A stretch of DNA of 64,000 nt, from positions 1,652,663-1,716,662 of the forward strand of contig NC_068997.1 of NCBI RefSeq assembly GCF_001194135.2, read 5' to 3'. Within the stretch, counting starts at the first letter, position 1. Every line of letters starts with the position of its first letter. The notes under the pieces were generated by a model that saw only the letters and a program-made list of their open reading frames with translations, did not search any database and had not been told where the DNA came from. A program made the translations under genes and the position numbers. Source of the stretch: Octopus bimaculoides (lineage: Eukaryota). Positions 25,321-39,828 of this stretch are shown one piece after another.

Positions 25321-26261
25321 AGGTTGAAGAGGTAGGAGAGATTGAGCGGGAAAGACAGAGGGAAGAAAGAAAAAGAGACAGACAGTAAGAGGATTTGAAT
25401 ATTACGTGTGAAAGATATCATGAAGTAATTCAGGCAAATCAAATAATGTAAATCTGTCCTAAAGGAGTAACAAACAGCTTTATATTCCAGTACACAAATA
25501 CAGAGGATACATAGAGATAGAGAGTTTCTTTCTTGTATATTATATTCAAGATTGTGTATATCGCTACGTTTTTAAAGTATGTCAAGCTTTGTAGCGTATA
25601 GAGTATCGTGGAACATAACACGGCCATTTAGTTGAGATTCTTGTTTTAGAATAAGGATGGATTGTAGCATTAATTTAAAAGGTATAACCTTGCATTCCAA
25701 CCAAGCAGAACCCTCCTGCGAAATACATCAAAGGTACGCGTATCTATAGAACACCCAGCGACTTAGCACGCAATATTAAGACGATTAGAATATTACCGGC
25801 TCATTGAGTTGGTAATTTATTGATAGGGTAATTGAAATTGAATCTCCATCGTTGAAAGTGAGGAAGATCCATTTCAGACCGAATACATTTGCAGACAATA
25901 TAGAAATATGATAATGGTTAGGAATATAATCGGCCAGAAGGGTATGGAATCATAGAGCGGTGTTTGAGTGTTTTTTTTTATTATCAGCAGTTGAGAGATA
26001 TATCATAATCTGGCTTATAATATGTTAATTTGTTCAAAGAATGACTTGATCCAAGCAGAGATAACCAAACAAAACATTATTCTGTTCATCGTTCTAGCAA
26101 GCGACGTGTAGATTCTACAAGGTAGCACTAGAAGTTAACTCAGCTAGGTAGGCTAGCTTATGAGTTTGGAGCCTTGACCAAGGAACGAAGCAATAGAGGT
26201 TACAGGTTGTTAAGTGCTAACCTCTTTAGAAAATGTCTTTTAATATATTCTATACTATTTA

Positions 26262-26470
26262 GGCGGCTACCTGGCAGAATTGTTAATACGCCGGGTAAAA
26301 TGCTTAGCGGCATTTCGTCCGTCTGCACATCCGAGTTCAAATTCCGTCGAGAACGACTTTGCATTTCATTTTTCAGGGACGATAAAATAACTACCAGTCG
26401 AACGCTGGGGACAATGAAATCGACTAGACCCTTCCTCTGAAGTTGCATAGTGCCAAAATGTGAAATCAGT
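26262..26470 (+). mobile_element. SINE family A copy
   Basis: ggcggctacctggcagaattgttaatacgccgggtaaaatgcttagcggcatttcgtccg...gagttcaaattccg. Confidence 0.85.
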
Positions 26471-26498
26471 ATATACTATGGTTTCAGTTCTATATATA

Positions 26499-27395
26499 CG
26501 AGGCGGCACCGAAAAGTAACCGGAAATGTTTTCTGCGAGCCAGGCCCATTTTAGTTCAGGCGTCCACCGCTAGAAACTACTTGATGGGACCCTTAGGCAT
26601 CAGTCTGCCGATCAACGTTGTCGACTGAGGTCGGACTGTCACATGGTGCGTTTTTCTTTTGCAGTGCTTCATGTTTGCGATGGCTGAAATGAAGGAACAG
26701 CGTGCTTCCGTGATATTCTGTTTTCTGCTGGGGAAATGGCGGTCAAAAGAATGCTCATGCTTCAAACAGCTTACAAGGACGCTGCCATCAGCAAAGAAAA
26801 AAAATTACGAGTGGTTTCCACGCTTTAGGAACCACTTGTTGCTTGAAGACCAACCTCGTTCAGTGTCACCGTCAACCTCCAGAACGAAAACATCATAAAT
26901 GGTTGAATCCACTTTGAACTTTTAAATCCAGACCTAACGATAACAAAGGAGATCTACTGCAAGCAGCTTGAGCGCCTAAGTCAACGCTAGAGGAAAGATG
27001 ACCAACTTTTGTCTCAAGACGAAAGGTGTTCTTCCACATAGAGCGAGAATGACGATCCAAAGGATGGAGCAGTTTGAATGGAAAACGATGCCCTACCCAC
27101 CCCATTCGCCGAACATTGCCCCATCTGATTATCATTTATCCCGCAGTTTTCAAAATCATTTGGACGGAGAAAATATAAATTCTGTAGACGAGGTTAGAAC
27201 GGTAGAGGAGGAGTATTTTTCGTCACGGACAAGTGAATTTTGGAAGAGGGACCTTGCAAGTCTAGCAGATAGATGGAAGAGCATTGTAGAAAATTAAGGA
27301 GAGAATATTTTAGATTTAAATAGAACTTTCTTTATCTTAATTTTGAAAAATAAAAGAAGTATAAAAAACCGCATTATTTATGGGACGACCCAATA
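26499..27395 (+). mobile_element. Composite mariner relic: 5' HTH half and 3' catalytic half with non-matching termini
   Basis: The 5' part reads MAEMKEQRASVIFCFLLGK/MLQTAYKDAAISK/YEWFPRFRN..EDQPRS.SPST. The 3' part reads PHRARMT...MPYPPHSPNIAPSDYHLSRSFQNHLDG...LADRWKSIVEN, the mariner YSPDLAPSDY motif. The left end TA|CGAGGCGGCACCGAAAAGT is not the inverse of the right end ccgcattatttatgggacgacccaata. Confidence 0.85.
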
Positions 27396-28229
27396 CTGTA
27401 CCAAATTCTGCTGTTAATTTCGAAATGCAATTGGTCAACACTGGCCTAAACATAACTCAGTTAATCTTAGTGTAAGTTTTTAACTCAAATGTTTTATTTA
27501 TATAACCATCTATATTCTTTGTGTGTTATATTGCGTAATTTTTGAAAATAAGATTTAATGTGTTTGGTAAGATATAGGAAAAAAGAAACTGTGAGAGATG
27601 AAATTTTACCACAGTGGAAGATTTTATCTTAATTCTTTCTGTGACGTTTTCTTTTCCAACAGTTTTCCAATTTTCGTTATTTTTCACATTGTAATAGCAA
27701 CAAAAAGAAAGAGTCTAAATTCTTAAGCAAAGATGCATTATGTTGTTAAATCAATTTCTTGAATTAGATAGTGATATTCTCGCCACAAATTAACCGGATG
27801 CTCTCACACAACACATACACTCTCTGCGTCTCTCAGACATTATATTAATAGAGTTGGATTCAAAGAGTAAAGCAGTACTCACAATAAGCACGCCAATAAG
27901 AAATCGGTTATCACTTCACATAGTAATTAAAATACAATGAAATTTAACTTGTCCATGCAGTAAAAAAATCAGAATCAAGATATACAAGCAGTATTTCCAT
28001 GCGGAGTAAATAATTCACCTCTCATATCTTCTGATTTTATGATTATATACATATACATACATGCTCTCTTTCTCTCTCTCTCTCTCTCTTTCTTTCTGAC
28101 GCACACAAGTACACACATACAAAGCTTGCAGGCATGTGTGTGTCCCTATGTATATCTATGAAAAATTGTAATGGGATATCTTAACATACTTTTCATGGAT
28201 AATCAAGAGAATAACTAGGATACAGTAAC

Positions 28230-28398
28230 AAGGACAGCTCACCTGATGGATTAATTCACACGTTCTTTCGACGCGTTTTTATTTCCAAGGCCTGGGATGA
28301 CCCAAATCTATGATAAAATACACTTGCCATGCTGTGGAATCGAAATTGAGACCTCCGCATTAGTAATCGAACATCTTCACAACGTCACTTGGTCAGCC
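28230..28398 (-). mobile_element. Degenerate tRNA-headed SINE
   Basis: Minus strand: gatgttcgattactaatgcggaggtctcaatttcgattccacagcatggcaagtg, with a B-box-like ttcgattcc. Confidence 0.45.
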
Positions 28399-28486
28399 AG
28401 ATGAAGTATATAACAGACCTCCTGATGTACTGAATACTTAATTTGTGCTTCTAAGCACTGTTATCACACACACACGTGCGCGCGCA

Positions 28487-28523
<37 letters not shown>

Positions 28524-28533
28524 NNNNNNNNNN

Positions 28534-28567
<34 letters not shown>

Positions 28568-28967
28568 ACACCCACACACACACGCACGCACACACGCACA
28601 CACACAATCACACACACACACACAAAGGTATGCAGATACACAAGTCATAGTTTGATGAATTTTGCGTCATTTATTTTTTGTTAATTCATAATATAAATTC
28701 ATTAACCTACCTGTAATTCACCTTAAGCTCTTGGAATCCATATCCGTTATAGACAAATTAATATAGATCAATAGATATGTCGAGACGTCGTTTGACACCG
28801 GCTTGCTTCGAATCGACCAGAAAATTGGAATGCTTTCCCTACAACGACACAAACAGATGCCATAGTAGCAATGACATTTTGCTATAAATACACGTATATA
28901 AAAATTGTTTTGGCATACAGACGATGTAGTTAGAATGTATTTCTAGATACATCTATCCATGTATGCC

Positions 28968-29001
<34 letters not shown>

Positions 29002-29356
29002 ATTGTGTGTGTGTGTATGTGTGTGTGTGTGCTTGTAGATCCACGTACATACACACATTTACATACATAAATTTATATTAATTTGATGCATCAGTAATGG
29101 AGGAAACTTCTTTATAAGTTTTCATGTTTTTTTAGAACATCCTCGTATAATATATTTGAGCATAACAAAATAAAAAATACAATATATTTTATATCGCATT
29201 CGTTCGTGAGTGTGGTGTGCGTGTGTAAATAAAGATACATATGTTCGTAGATACTAACACACACATACTCATATGCATAAACTAATACGCGCACATATAT
29301 ACATAAATATATACTCCTAGAAATATACACGCATACATTCACACACATACATATAT

Positions 29357-29396
<40 letters not shown>

Positions 29397-29581
29397 TTAT
29401 ACACACACACGCACATACAAATATACACTCAAATTTAAACATTGCGTACAATTTAATTTGCTTTGGTGAAATATATTAAACTAGAATATTGTGAAAACGT
29501 CGAAATATAGTCTCCTACTGATTTATCAAATTTATATAAATTCACATGTCTGTATATAGATATATACATACACTTGCGTAC

Positions 29582-29626
<45 letters not shown>

Positions 29627-29759
29627 TATACATAAAATTATAAATATTAGATATGTATCTGTTGCTTGTAGCTGCCTATATATTAAAACCACCCCTAGAA
29701 CCCATTCATGCCGGTTAATATATAGAATATAAGGTAATGATTGATAACAAAGTACTAAC

Positions 29760-29857
29760 ATGTCTATAATTTCCGCTGAGTGTAGTAGTGCTTTGGAACC
29801 ATGAGTTATTGATATCAATAAGACTTTTAGTAAGATGGCAAGCATGAATTGGAGTAG
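29760..29857 (-). CDS. Putative exon A (98 nt) of the minus-strand gene
   Basis: Strong acceptor gttatttcccatcttgtacag| and donor CAT|gttagt. Two frames are open: ATPIHACHLTKSLIDINNSWFQSTTTLSGNYRH (resembles a discoidin N-terminus) or LLQFMLAILLKVLLISITHGSKALLHSAEIID (signal-peptide-like). Confidence 0.45.
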
Positions 29858-30252
29858 CTGTACAAGATGGGAAATAACATGTATGAAAGTAGCATTGCTG
29901 GCCACTTGGGAATAGATTGTTGATATACAGACCGAATAAAGAAAAGAAGCGACATTTTGAAAGTGTTGAAGTGATATAATTCAACTGTTTTGTATGATGT
30001 AGAAAATGAATATCTTTCGGCTGATGATAACGAAGAAATAGATATGCAAAGAAAAGACGAAAAGGATTCGTAGGATGGTATCAGTTTACCCAGATGACTA
30101 GGAAAGTTTATTTAGTGGTGAAAATGATCTCGCTGAATTTTAACGAAACGTTATATTTGAAATATATTTAGCTTTACCAAGCAGATGTAAATATATTTTT
30201 CCAGGGCTCGTGGCATAAAACTTATAAATTCATTATCATTCACCCTACTTTC

Positions 30253-30287
<35 letters not shown>

Positions 30288-30328
30288 CGCACACGCACGC
30301 ACACACACACATACACGCGCACACACAC

Positions 30329-30368
<40 letters not shown>

Positions 30369-33146
30369 CTGAGTGAACAAATTAAAGAAGTGGTAGAAAC
30401 CTAAGCATTCCTAAAAAAGGTTCATTCTATGAGCTTACGAAACTTTTTGTCATATAGAGCTTAGTCGAACTGTTTATATATATATAACCTATATTAGATT
30501 TACTAGAAATCCGAAACTCAACTGATTTAGTATACAATACAGATCTGTCGTAAGTGTGACTGATGCAGATATTATAGATGAGAATAAAACATCGTTATAA
30601 TTGTCACAACACCCATATTGACTCACTATTATGTTTGTTTATAGGAGAAATACCGCTACCATACGTTTACAGGTGAATTATGTTATTACTGCAGCTCATT
30701 TTTTAATCTTTAATCTTGTAAAAGATCATCAGTAAAATACCCTGTTTATACGGTACTTAAAATTGTATGTTTAAGTTCACCGTCTCAAAAGTAATCTGCG
30801 TGTAACTAGAGTAGTCCTTAAATTTAACCTCAATGTCTGGTCTAAAAGCATCAACATTTAATCGAGTATATAATACTTACACAAATTCTATAAATGTGTA
30901 TATATATATATATNNNNNNNNNNNNNNNNNNNNNNNNNNNNNNNNNNNNNNNNNNNNNNNNNNNNNNNNNNNNNNNNNNNNNNNNNNNNNNNNNNNNNNN
31001 NNNNNNNNNNNNNNNNNNNNNNNNNNNNNNNNNNNNNNNNNNNNNNNNNNNNNNNNNNNNNNNNNNNNNNNNNNNNNNNNNNNNNNNNNNNNNNNNNNNN
31101 NNNNNNNNNNNNNNNNNNNNNNNNNNNNNNNATATATATCAGCATGAATATATGGTATTACATAGAGTGTACGCAGAACACGGTGATATCTGTATGAATG
31201 TATGAAGTATGAATAGACATGTTATCGAATCTATAGCATTAATAATAAGTTATATTCAACAGGACAATGTGAGACAAGAAATGTAAATATTCTCCTATTT
31301 CTAAAGGTTCTACCTATGTCTTCATATACATCCAGCAATCAGAAAAAAATATGTGTCCAGGAACATTATTATATCTTTTAAAAAATATATTTACCTTCAG
31401 CTATTTTTATTTTAGATTGAATATAAAATATTTTATTAATTTATATTGATCTATTCTATTAATCTTTGAGGTGTTTGATATAATCAAATTGTCGCGAGTT
31501 TTGCGTGAGATAGACTTGAAAAAGAGTGGGACAGAGAGAGAAAAAGGGAGGGAGAGAGAGAGAGAGAGAGTTGGAGAAAGAGCAAGTATTTAAGCAGATG
31601 AATATGATACTTTGATCAGTTATCAAACTGTAAATTAATGTTAAATTAAAGTATAATATTTAATTATTAAAATGGATATGAGAAAATGAGTGTGCCTATT
31701 GCTTACAAATAGAAGGTGTGTTTGTATCCGTTATCGTTGTCATTTTAACATTTAATTTAATGATGAAATGGTTAGTATTTTAGTTCTCCAGGGCTGCACA
31801 GATAACACAGCTAAGTTCACAGTAAAGGTTTACTAAAACTTCGACATACACGGATCGGCAACGTTATTTTCAATGATTTGGTCAAGAGAGGGTGGTCAGT
31901 TTTCGTGGGTCTTTTCGGGGTCTCCGTATCACGGAGGATCCTTCACAAAACTAGATGGCTACGTTTCTATGTTACAAGCGTTATTAATCACAATATCAAT
32001 CCTCGTATATAGGCTGGCTTTAGTTACAACATATGACCGCAATGGCTTCCTTAGAAGTCGCTTAGAGAAATAAGCCCTATCACTTTCTAACAAAAGTTCG
32101 AATTGAATACTCTAGCTTCACTTTTTGTTCATTTATCACCTAAATTGTTCGACCCGGTGTGTGTATACGCAGACAAACAGACAGACAGACACCACACACA
32201 CACACACACACACACATACACATACACACACATAAATATGGAGAGAGCGATTACCTCTTACATAGTTATCGAATTTGATTTGTCTAGTAACTTTTATGTA
32301 ACAAATCTAGCTTCATTGAATTACGCTGCTAGCGAGAATTAGTTTAGACATTTTTTCATCTCGAAAATCTGATGCAGTAGTTAGATGTGAAATATTTGCA
32401 GACAAACTGTACTTTTAAACCTTTTGGCGATGACTGACACGTTTTCTAGAATAAATAGNNNNNNNNNNNNNNNNNNNNNNNNNNNNNNNNNNNNNNNNNN
32501 NNNNNNNNNNNNNNNNNNNNNNNNNNNNNNNNNNNNNNNNNNNNTATATATATATATATATATATGAATGTGTGTGTGTGTGTGTGTACGCATATGTGTG
32601 TGCGTGTGCCCGTGCGTGATTTTCTTTTGATTACGATAGACTTTCGCCTTAAGACGCCTTAAGTTTTGGTCTTTGGCACTACTTTTCTTTAGTGAATTCT
32701 TGTATAGTGTATAGTTTATAGAATCGTCATCTGCCATTCATCTGAAGGATTGCAAAAAATGTTGGTTTCAGCCAGATTTGAAGTCAAACACTATGCTGTT
32801 ATACACTGAGTCCAACACTGGTTTTGTAATTTCGTTAGTTCTCTCCTATTGGAACACCTCAATCGCTCAGGACTGGCGATGTATATTCACCCAGAAAAAT
32901 CCTGTCGAAGTTGCACACTTGAGCAATTTTTATTACTGAAGACAGGCAGCTACCGATATCAGTAACTGCCTGTCTCTCCACACCATTGATATGTTCCAAA
33001 GGAAAGTCAAAGGGCCATGCAGCGTACCACCACTGCAGATGCAAAGGAACTCAGATCATAAATCGCAACATTAGCAATTCTGCTAATCAACACCTGAGCG
33101 CATTCTATATTTTATCGAACATGGTTAATACTTTAATGGCTCTGAA

Positions 33147-33345
33147 GGCGGTGAACCATCAGAATCGTTAGTACGCCGGGTAAAATGCCTAGCGGTATTT
33201 CTCAGTTCAAATTTCACCGGGTTCGACTTGGCATTTCCTCCTTTCGGGGTCGATAAAATAAGTATCATTTGAGCTCTGGGGTCGATGTGATCGACCTAAC
33301 CTCCTCACGAATCTGCTGGCTATGTGCCAAAATTTGAAGCTTATG
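33147..33345 (+). mobile_element. SINE family A copy with small internal deletion
   Basis: aaggcggtgaaccatcagaatcgttagtacgccgggtaaaatgcctagcgg...cctttcggggtcgataaaataagta. Confidence 0.85.
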
Positions 33346-34231
33346 TTTTATTGGCTCTGGACGAAAGAAAGATACAGATAATTCTGAGAATCCTAGAATA
33401 ATCTCAAGTTTAGAAAATGGCCAATAACATGTACAGCTGAATAAGAGTTCAAAAGTGACAAAGTTTAGTTTAAAGTTAGTCGCGAAATTCATGCTGCCTG
33501 CAAACTGTAATTATCAGCCTTACTAGAATTACCTTGTAGGCTGATCAGAAATGGAATAAATCAGCGAAAGAAACAATAACTTAGTAGAATCGTTTATAAC
33601 AACGGATGACAATGAGAACGCTACTTTAGTTGATATTTGTAAATAATGGGCAGAACAAATAAGTGTTTACTTGTAAGGAAAGCTGTACATGTAATTACGG
33701 TAGAATGATTAGACTATTAGGAAGATATTTAGATGGTTGGAATACGAAGTCATGTAATAAAAGCTCAAAAAAATTAAGCAGCTTCCTCATAGTACTCGGA
33801 AAAATTACAGAAGTACCATAAAACATCACTTAAAGACGAAAATGAGGAAACTTGAAAACAAGAAGCAATACAGTCAAAAAATGGACATTTAGTAAATCTT
33901 TAAACCTGATAGCAACAACCTTTCAAGAAAGTGGTTGGAATCAATTAGTAAAACCAGAGAAAAAGACATGAAACGAAGATAAAACACGTTTAGAAATGGT
34001 GAATTGGCAGAATGTAAACACAGACAAATTGAATGTAGTCAAGAACGTAGTGATCAAATAACAACAGAATTACATTGGAAGTAATAGTATTAGAAAGCCT
34101 AATTGATCAAGTCTACAAAGAGCTTAAGGTACCTGTGGCTTAGGGTTCATATAGAGGCTGATGATGTTGAAGAGAGAGAGAGAGAAAGAGAGAGAGAGGG
34201 GAGAGAAACGGAGAGAGAGGGGAGAGAAACG

Positions 34232-34312
<81 letters not shown>

Positions 34313-34428
34313 GAGAGACAAAGGAATTAAAAATCTTCAGTAGTGATGGAACATAAGAATCAAACGTCAGGCAAAGATACTGCTTGATCGGATAGATTTA
34401 CTACATAATAACAACAGTTATATATATG

Positions 34429-34468
<40 letters not shown>

Positions 34469-36043
34469 TATGTATGTGTATATGCTTTTTTATACGGGCA
34501 AGTATAAGCCATACACAAATACGATTACACATACAAAAGCATTGAGAGTTTTTCAATTAAAGTGTAAATGCTTTTATGTAATAAACCAGCAGAAAACCAT
34601 TCATGTTTGCACCCATATATGCATATATAACATATAGACATGCTTGCATATACAAACACATAAAGACATATACGCATAGTAGTATTGACAAGTACACACA
34701 CATATATATCCATACATACATGCATATATACATATATACATACTTACACACACACATATTTGCCCTTAATCCCCTGAAGAGAATGTTGTGGCTTGCGATA
34801 AAAATCAGTGGAAGTTGATACTTTATTTCACTTATATATATACTTAAAATATTGTCTTAGTATTGCAACCGCTTGCATAATTTGCAGTTTTATATAGAGC
34901 AGTCATCGACTATTCGAAACAGTTATAATGATATGAACTGATTACACTATTATTAATATAAGTGCATTCGTAATACCTGTTAGGTTTTCTACCCGCTCGG
35001 TTTTAACCGTTCTTCTAGCTGATATTTCTACTTCCAGACTGTATCACCGTAATGAAGAAGTTGGAGTTCTTCTTGTGGATTTTCGACCTCTAGACTGCAT
35101 CAATTGATGAAAAATTTAGAGTTTAGGATTCATTCAGATATCTTTCAGTTCTGCTTGGTAAATATGTATATCATACTTAAACTTGCACCCATTGGTTTTA
35201 TTTAACAAAACATTAAAACTTTCATAAAAAGTTACGAAGCCTCTATATGTTTGCTTGACATGCAAGAAATGGCAATAGCAGCTAATTCTCCCTCTTATCA
35301 ACACCTGTCATTATAAGAAAAACATGCTAGATAATGTGTTTCTGGATTATGCAAATTAAAAAAAAGTCTAGGACGGTCACATTTGCTACATGTTAGTTTT
35401 CCTGGGACTAAATAGCATCACTATCACTCTGTACTAGAGAAATTCGAACTGCCCACTGATTGGTAAATAATAATGTCTCTTGCAATAGAACAAAAACATA
35501 GATTTGGAGAATTGAATGCAAGAGAATGGTTATCGTATATTTCTAATAAGCATCGAATCAGGCCCAGGTGGATGGAAAACAAATCGACAGTTGTATTAGA
35601 ACACAATCCGTTAAAGGAAAGTAGTACGTAACATTTCACCTTTCATAGTTACTTCACTGTGTCTCTCGGGATCATTAAAGTGAATTATTTGCTTTGAATA
35701 TTTGTCTGGCTGTAGACAACTATGAAATGGTTTTGGAATTATATTTGCCAGACTAAAAGATAGGATTGGTTCACGTCTAGAAATATATAGTTTTTGTTTG
35801 TATGCTCTCATACATAATAACGCATACACACACAGACGTACATATACACACGCACATAAACACGCCCACATGCATTTACATGCATACGCACACACGTTAG
35901 CATTACATTACGAGGCTCATACACACATACACACACACACACTCACACACACAAGTGTACCTGTGTGTGACGTGTGTAGGGCGTTTATCTGCTCGTGTGC
36001 ATGTGTGTATGTATGTGTCTCTCAGTCCTATATATAGGTATGT

Positions 36044-36084
<41 letters not shown>

Positions 36085-36869
36085 NNNNNNNNNNNNNNNN
36101 NNNNNNNNNNNNNNNNNNNNNNNNNNNNNNNNNNNNNNNNNNNNNNNNNNNNNNNNNNNNNNNNNNNNNNNNNNNNNNNNNNNNNNNNNNNNNNNNNNNN
36201 NNNNNNNNNNNNNNNNNNNNNNNNNNNNNNNNNNNNNNNNNNNNNNNNNNNNNNNNNNNNNNNNNNNNNNNNNNNNNNNNNNNNNNNNNNNNNNNNNNNN
36301 NNNNNNNNNNNNNNNNNNNNNNNNNNNNNNNNNNNNNNNNNNNNNNNNNNNNNNNNNNNNNNNNNNNNNNNNNNNNNNNNNNNNNNNNNNNNNNNNNNNN
36401 NNNNNNNNNNNNNNNNNNNNNNNNNNNNNNNNNNNNNNNNNNNNNTATATATATATATATATGTATATATATATACATATAGATGCGCTTGACTATTTAA
36501 TCCCACATGCTATATGGACAAAATAAAAGTAAAATATATTCCCAGTACAATATGGTGGAATCTGATTTAAAACATGACTGTAATTTTTCTTTGAGGATTT
36601 CTTTTACCCGATAAGTACCAAAGATACGAACAGATATCACACTGTGTAACACTAAATATAGTAACACTCTCCGTTACTATATCATTTTTTTCTCTCTAAG
36701 TACATTCATTTCACATTCAACTATAATGTCAATTGATATCTGAATAAAGCTAGCTCGAGGTAAACAAATATTTCAGTGTAACTGCCTTGTTTGATTAACG
36801 TGGCTGTCATAAATCTTGTTATATAACAGATCTTTTTTAAGTTTCAAATGGTTAGCTTGCATGATGAGC

Positions 36870-36917
<48 letters not shown>

Positions 36918-36960
36918 CTAACAATAATAATAAAGACATGCTTACAAATACATCCAAACG

Positions 36961-37014
<54 letters not shown>

Positions 37015-37068
37015 CTCTATCTATCTATCTATCTTTCTATATGCATGTATATGTGTATAAATATATAA

Positions 37069-37139
<71 letters not shown>

Positions 37140-37159
37140 CGCATACATATACATATGTA

Positions 37160-37365
37160 TGTGTGTGTGTGTGTGTGTGTGAGCAAGTATTTGTGTGTCT
37201 GTATTTGTCCTCCACCATCGCTTGACAACAGATTTTGGTGTGTTTACGTAACTTAGCGGTTCGACAAAGAAGACGGATAGAATAAGCACTAGGCATACAA
37301 GAATAAGTCCTAAAGGCAATGCTCCAGCATGACCGCAGTCAAATGACTGAAACAAGTAAAAGAAT
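37160..37365 (+). mobile_element. SINE family B 3' half
   Basis: ccaccatcgcttgacaacag...acttagcggttcgac...gctccagcatgaccgcagtcaaatgactgaaacaagtaaaag. Confidence 0.85.
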
Positions 37366-38056
37366 TTCAGAATATATATATATATATATATTCGCTTAAA
37401 CAACAATATAATCAATTTGAGATTACTTTTGTAAATAGTTTTGCATGCATTCGCTTGATAAATGCATTGTCGCAAAATCTGATGTATTTCTTCCATCAAA
37501 TACACCCATACATATAGCAGACGTCACATGTATTATGAGGGTGTTCGTAAGCTTGAGTATATTTTTGTATATATGCGTGTATATCTATATGGTACCCTTA
37601 TATATATTTATAAATCTGCCCATACGGTTTTTTGTCTGCTGGACACTAACATCATTATTATTTCTTATTAATAATAATATTTTTATATATTTATAACTTA
37701 TTCACGTGGTTCGTTTTTGTATATGACATGGTTGAGGTGAATATTTTTCAAATTTAGCTTTTTTTGCAGCAAACTTAACTGACGAGAACTGAGTGCTTTT
37801 TAGCACAGAGTTTGAAATCATATGATATTAAGTTACCTGACATTTCTTTTCCAGCTTTCGGAAAGGTAGGGACCATTTTTTATTCGCCGCCCGCTTTCAC
37901 TATGCTTGTAAATTCTTAGTGAGAATTCTGTGGCTTCCGAGTTTTATCTGACTCATATTTCTAGGTAAGCTCGTACTTTCTAGCACCCTTATATATTTAT
38001 GAATTTGCCTATGCTGTTTATGCTTGGTGGCCTCTACTATTGTTTCATAATAATAG

Positions 38057-38277
<221 letters not shown>

Positions 38278-39440
38278 GGGTGACTGCAACATTAATTAAT
38301 TAACTCTGTAATGATTTCAGTTTAACATCCCCTAATCAATCCTTGATCATATATTTCCATTGATTTAGATGTTCAGTTTCTGTAATGATGTCTGTATAGC
38401 TGCTATAATATAATACTTCATTTAGCGAGTATTTTGCTTAAATAATATAAAACCTCATGTTGTGGTGAAATAAAATATATTATTATTACTATTATTATTA
38501 TTTCATCATCATCATCATCATCATCAACATCATCATTATTATTATTATTATTATTATTATTTTAAGAATCTTAAAAAACATGGCATTTCAAAATATGTGT
38601 GGAATTTTAATTAAGGTAATATGAATGATAAAGTTTAAAAAAATCCAACTGAAATCTCCCAATGCATTAAATATTTTAGATTAATTAAATCTATTATTGT
38701 AAACTTATTTAAATATGTTTCCACTTCGTAGAAGGGAGATTTTTTTGTATCTTTTATGAGTTATAAAACTAGAAATATTTTACTTTGCATATCAATCTAC
38801 TCCGATAAAGAATAATGTTTTAACGAAAAAAATTTTAACGAAAGAGAATAAAAATTAAACCTATTTTTTTTAATACCGAAATACAACTTTATATTCATTA
38901 AAAACGATTGAAACTTTTTTCTCAATAATAATAATAATCTCCACAAACGTGTGTATGTGCGCGCGCGCACGTCAGATCGAGTTTTTAGCCTAGAAGGAAG
39001 TCTTTCGTTGGGATTTGGTCAAGCATATTCACGTGTATGTAAGTATGTACAGACACACACACACACACACACACGCACACACACATATATTAATAGTTAT
39101 CGTCAAGCTAATATTACAGTCCAGAAAAAGTAGGACGAATGCTGCCGTTGATAAGCTCCAAGAGGCCATCGCCTATACCTAGCTATGTGACACAATAATC
39201 TGTGTCCCATACAACTTTCGAACAGGGGAGGTCATCAGTTCCCCTTGTTCGAAGGTTATAATGGACACAGGTTTGTATGTCACATAGCTAGCTATCTAGA
39301 AGCGATGGCCTCTTGGAGCTAATCAATGGTAGCATTCGTCCTATTTTTCTGGACTGCCATGTCAGCTTGGCGATAGCTATTAATATCTAGTACTGCATCC
39401 GTATTCTCCTTTAGACAAAATTAGAAATAACGATATTTCT

Positions 39441-39499
<59 letters not shown>

Positions 39500-39569
39500 A
39501 CACACAAGGGTTCAGGCATGGATGTGTTGTATATGTGGATTTATTACATACTAATCTTCTTCAGTCTTT

Positions 39570-39828
39570 TACCTTTTACTTGTCTCAGACATGAGACAGC
39601 TGCCCCATGCTGGGGCATTGCCTTGAAGAAATTTTAGTCGAATTAGTTCGACTTCGGTACTTAATTTTGTTAAGGCTGCTACTTATTCTATCTACCTTTT
39701 ATACCAATTACAGCAACATACACAGACAGAAAGACACACACACATATACATGACAAACTGCCAGACAGTGGGACTGAACCTGGAACGATGTGGTTGGGAA
39801 GCAAGCTTCTTACCACACATCCACGCCT
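39570..39828 (-). mobile_element. SINE family B copy, internally deleted
   Basis: ccccatgctggggcattgcc 3' end and gtgggactgaacctggaacgatgtggttgggaagcaagcttcttaccacac head; the central part is missing. Confidence 0.8.

Noticed and set aside
28242-28306. Apparent AG...GT exon
   Set aside because: It has stops in all three frames and lies within a SINE.
28711-28838. Candidate minus-strand exon with good splice sites
   Set aside because: All frames have stops with the stronger donor. Only the alternative donor at 28722 keeps a frame open, and the peptide is not clearly discoidin-like.
30020-30045. CTGATGA...GAAA hammerhead-like words
   Set aside because: No stems I or II can form, so it is a chance match.
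35034-35160. Plus-strand segment with strong acceptor and donor, and the nearby 52-codon frame at 35475-35633
   Set aside because: There are stops in all frames before the donor, no recognisable domain, and no supporting neighbouring exons.
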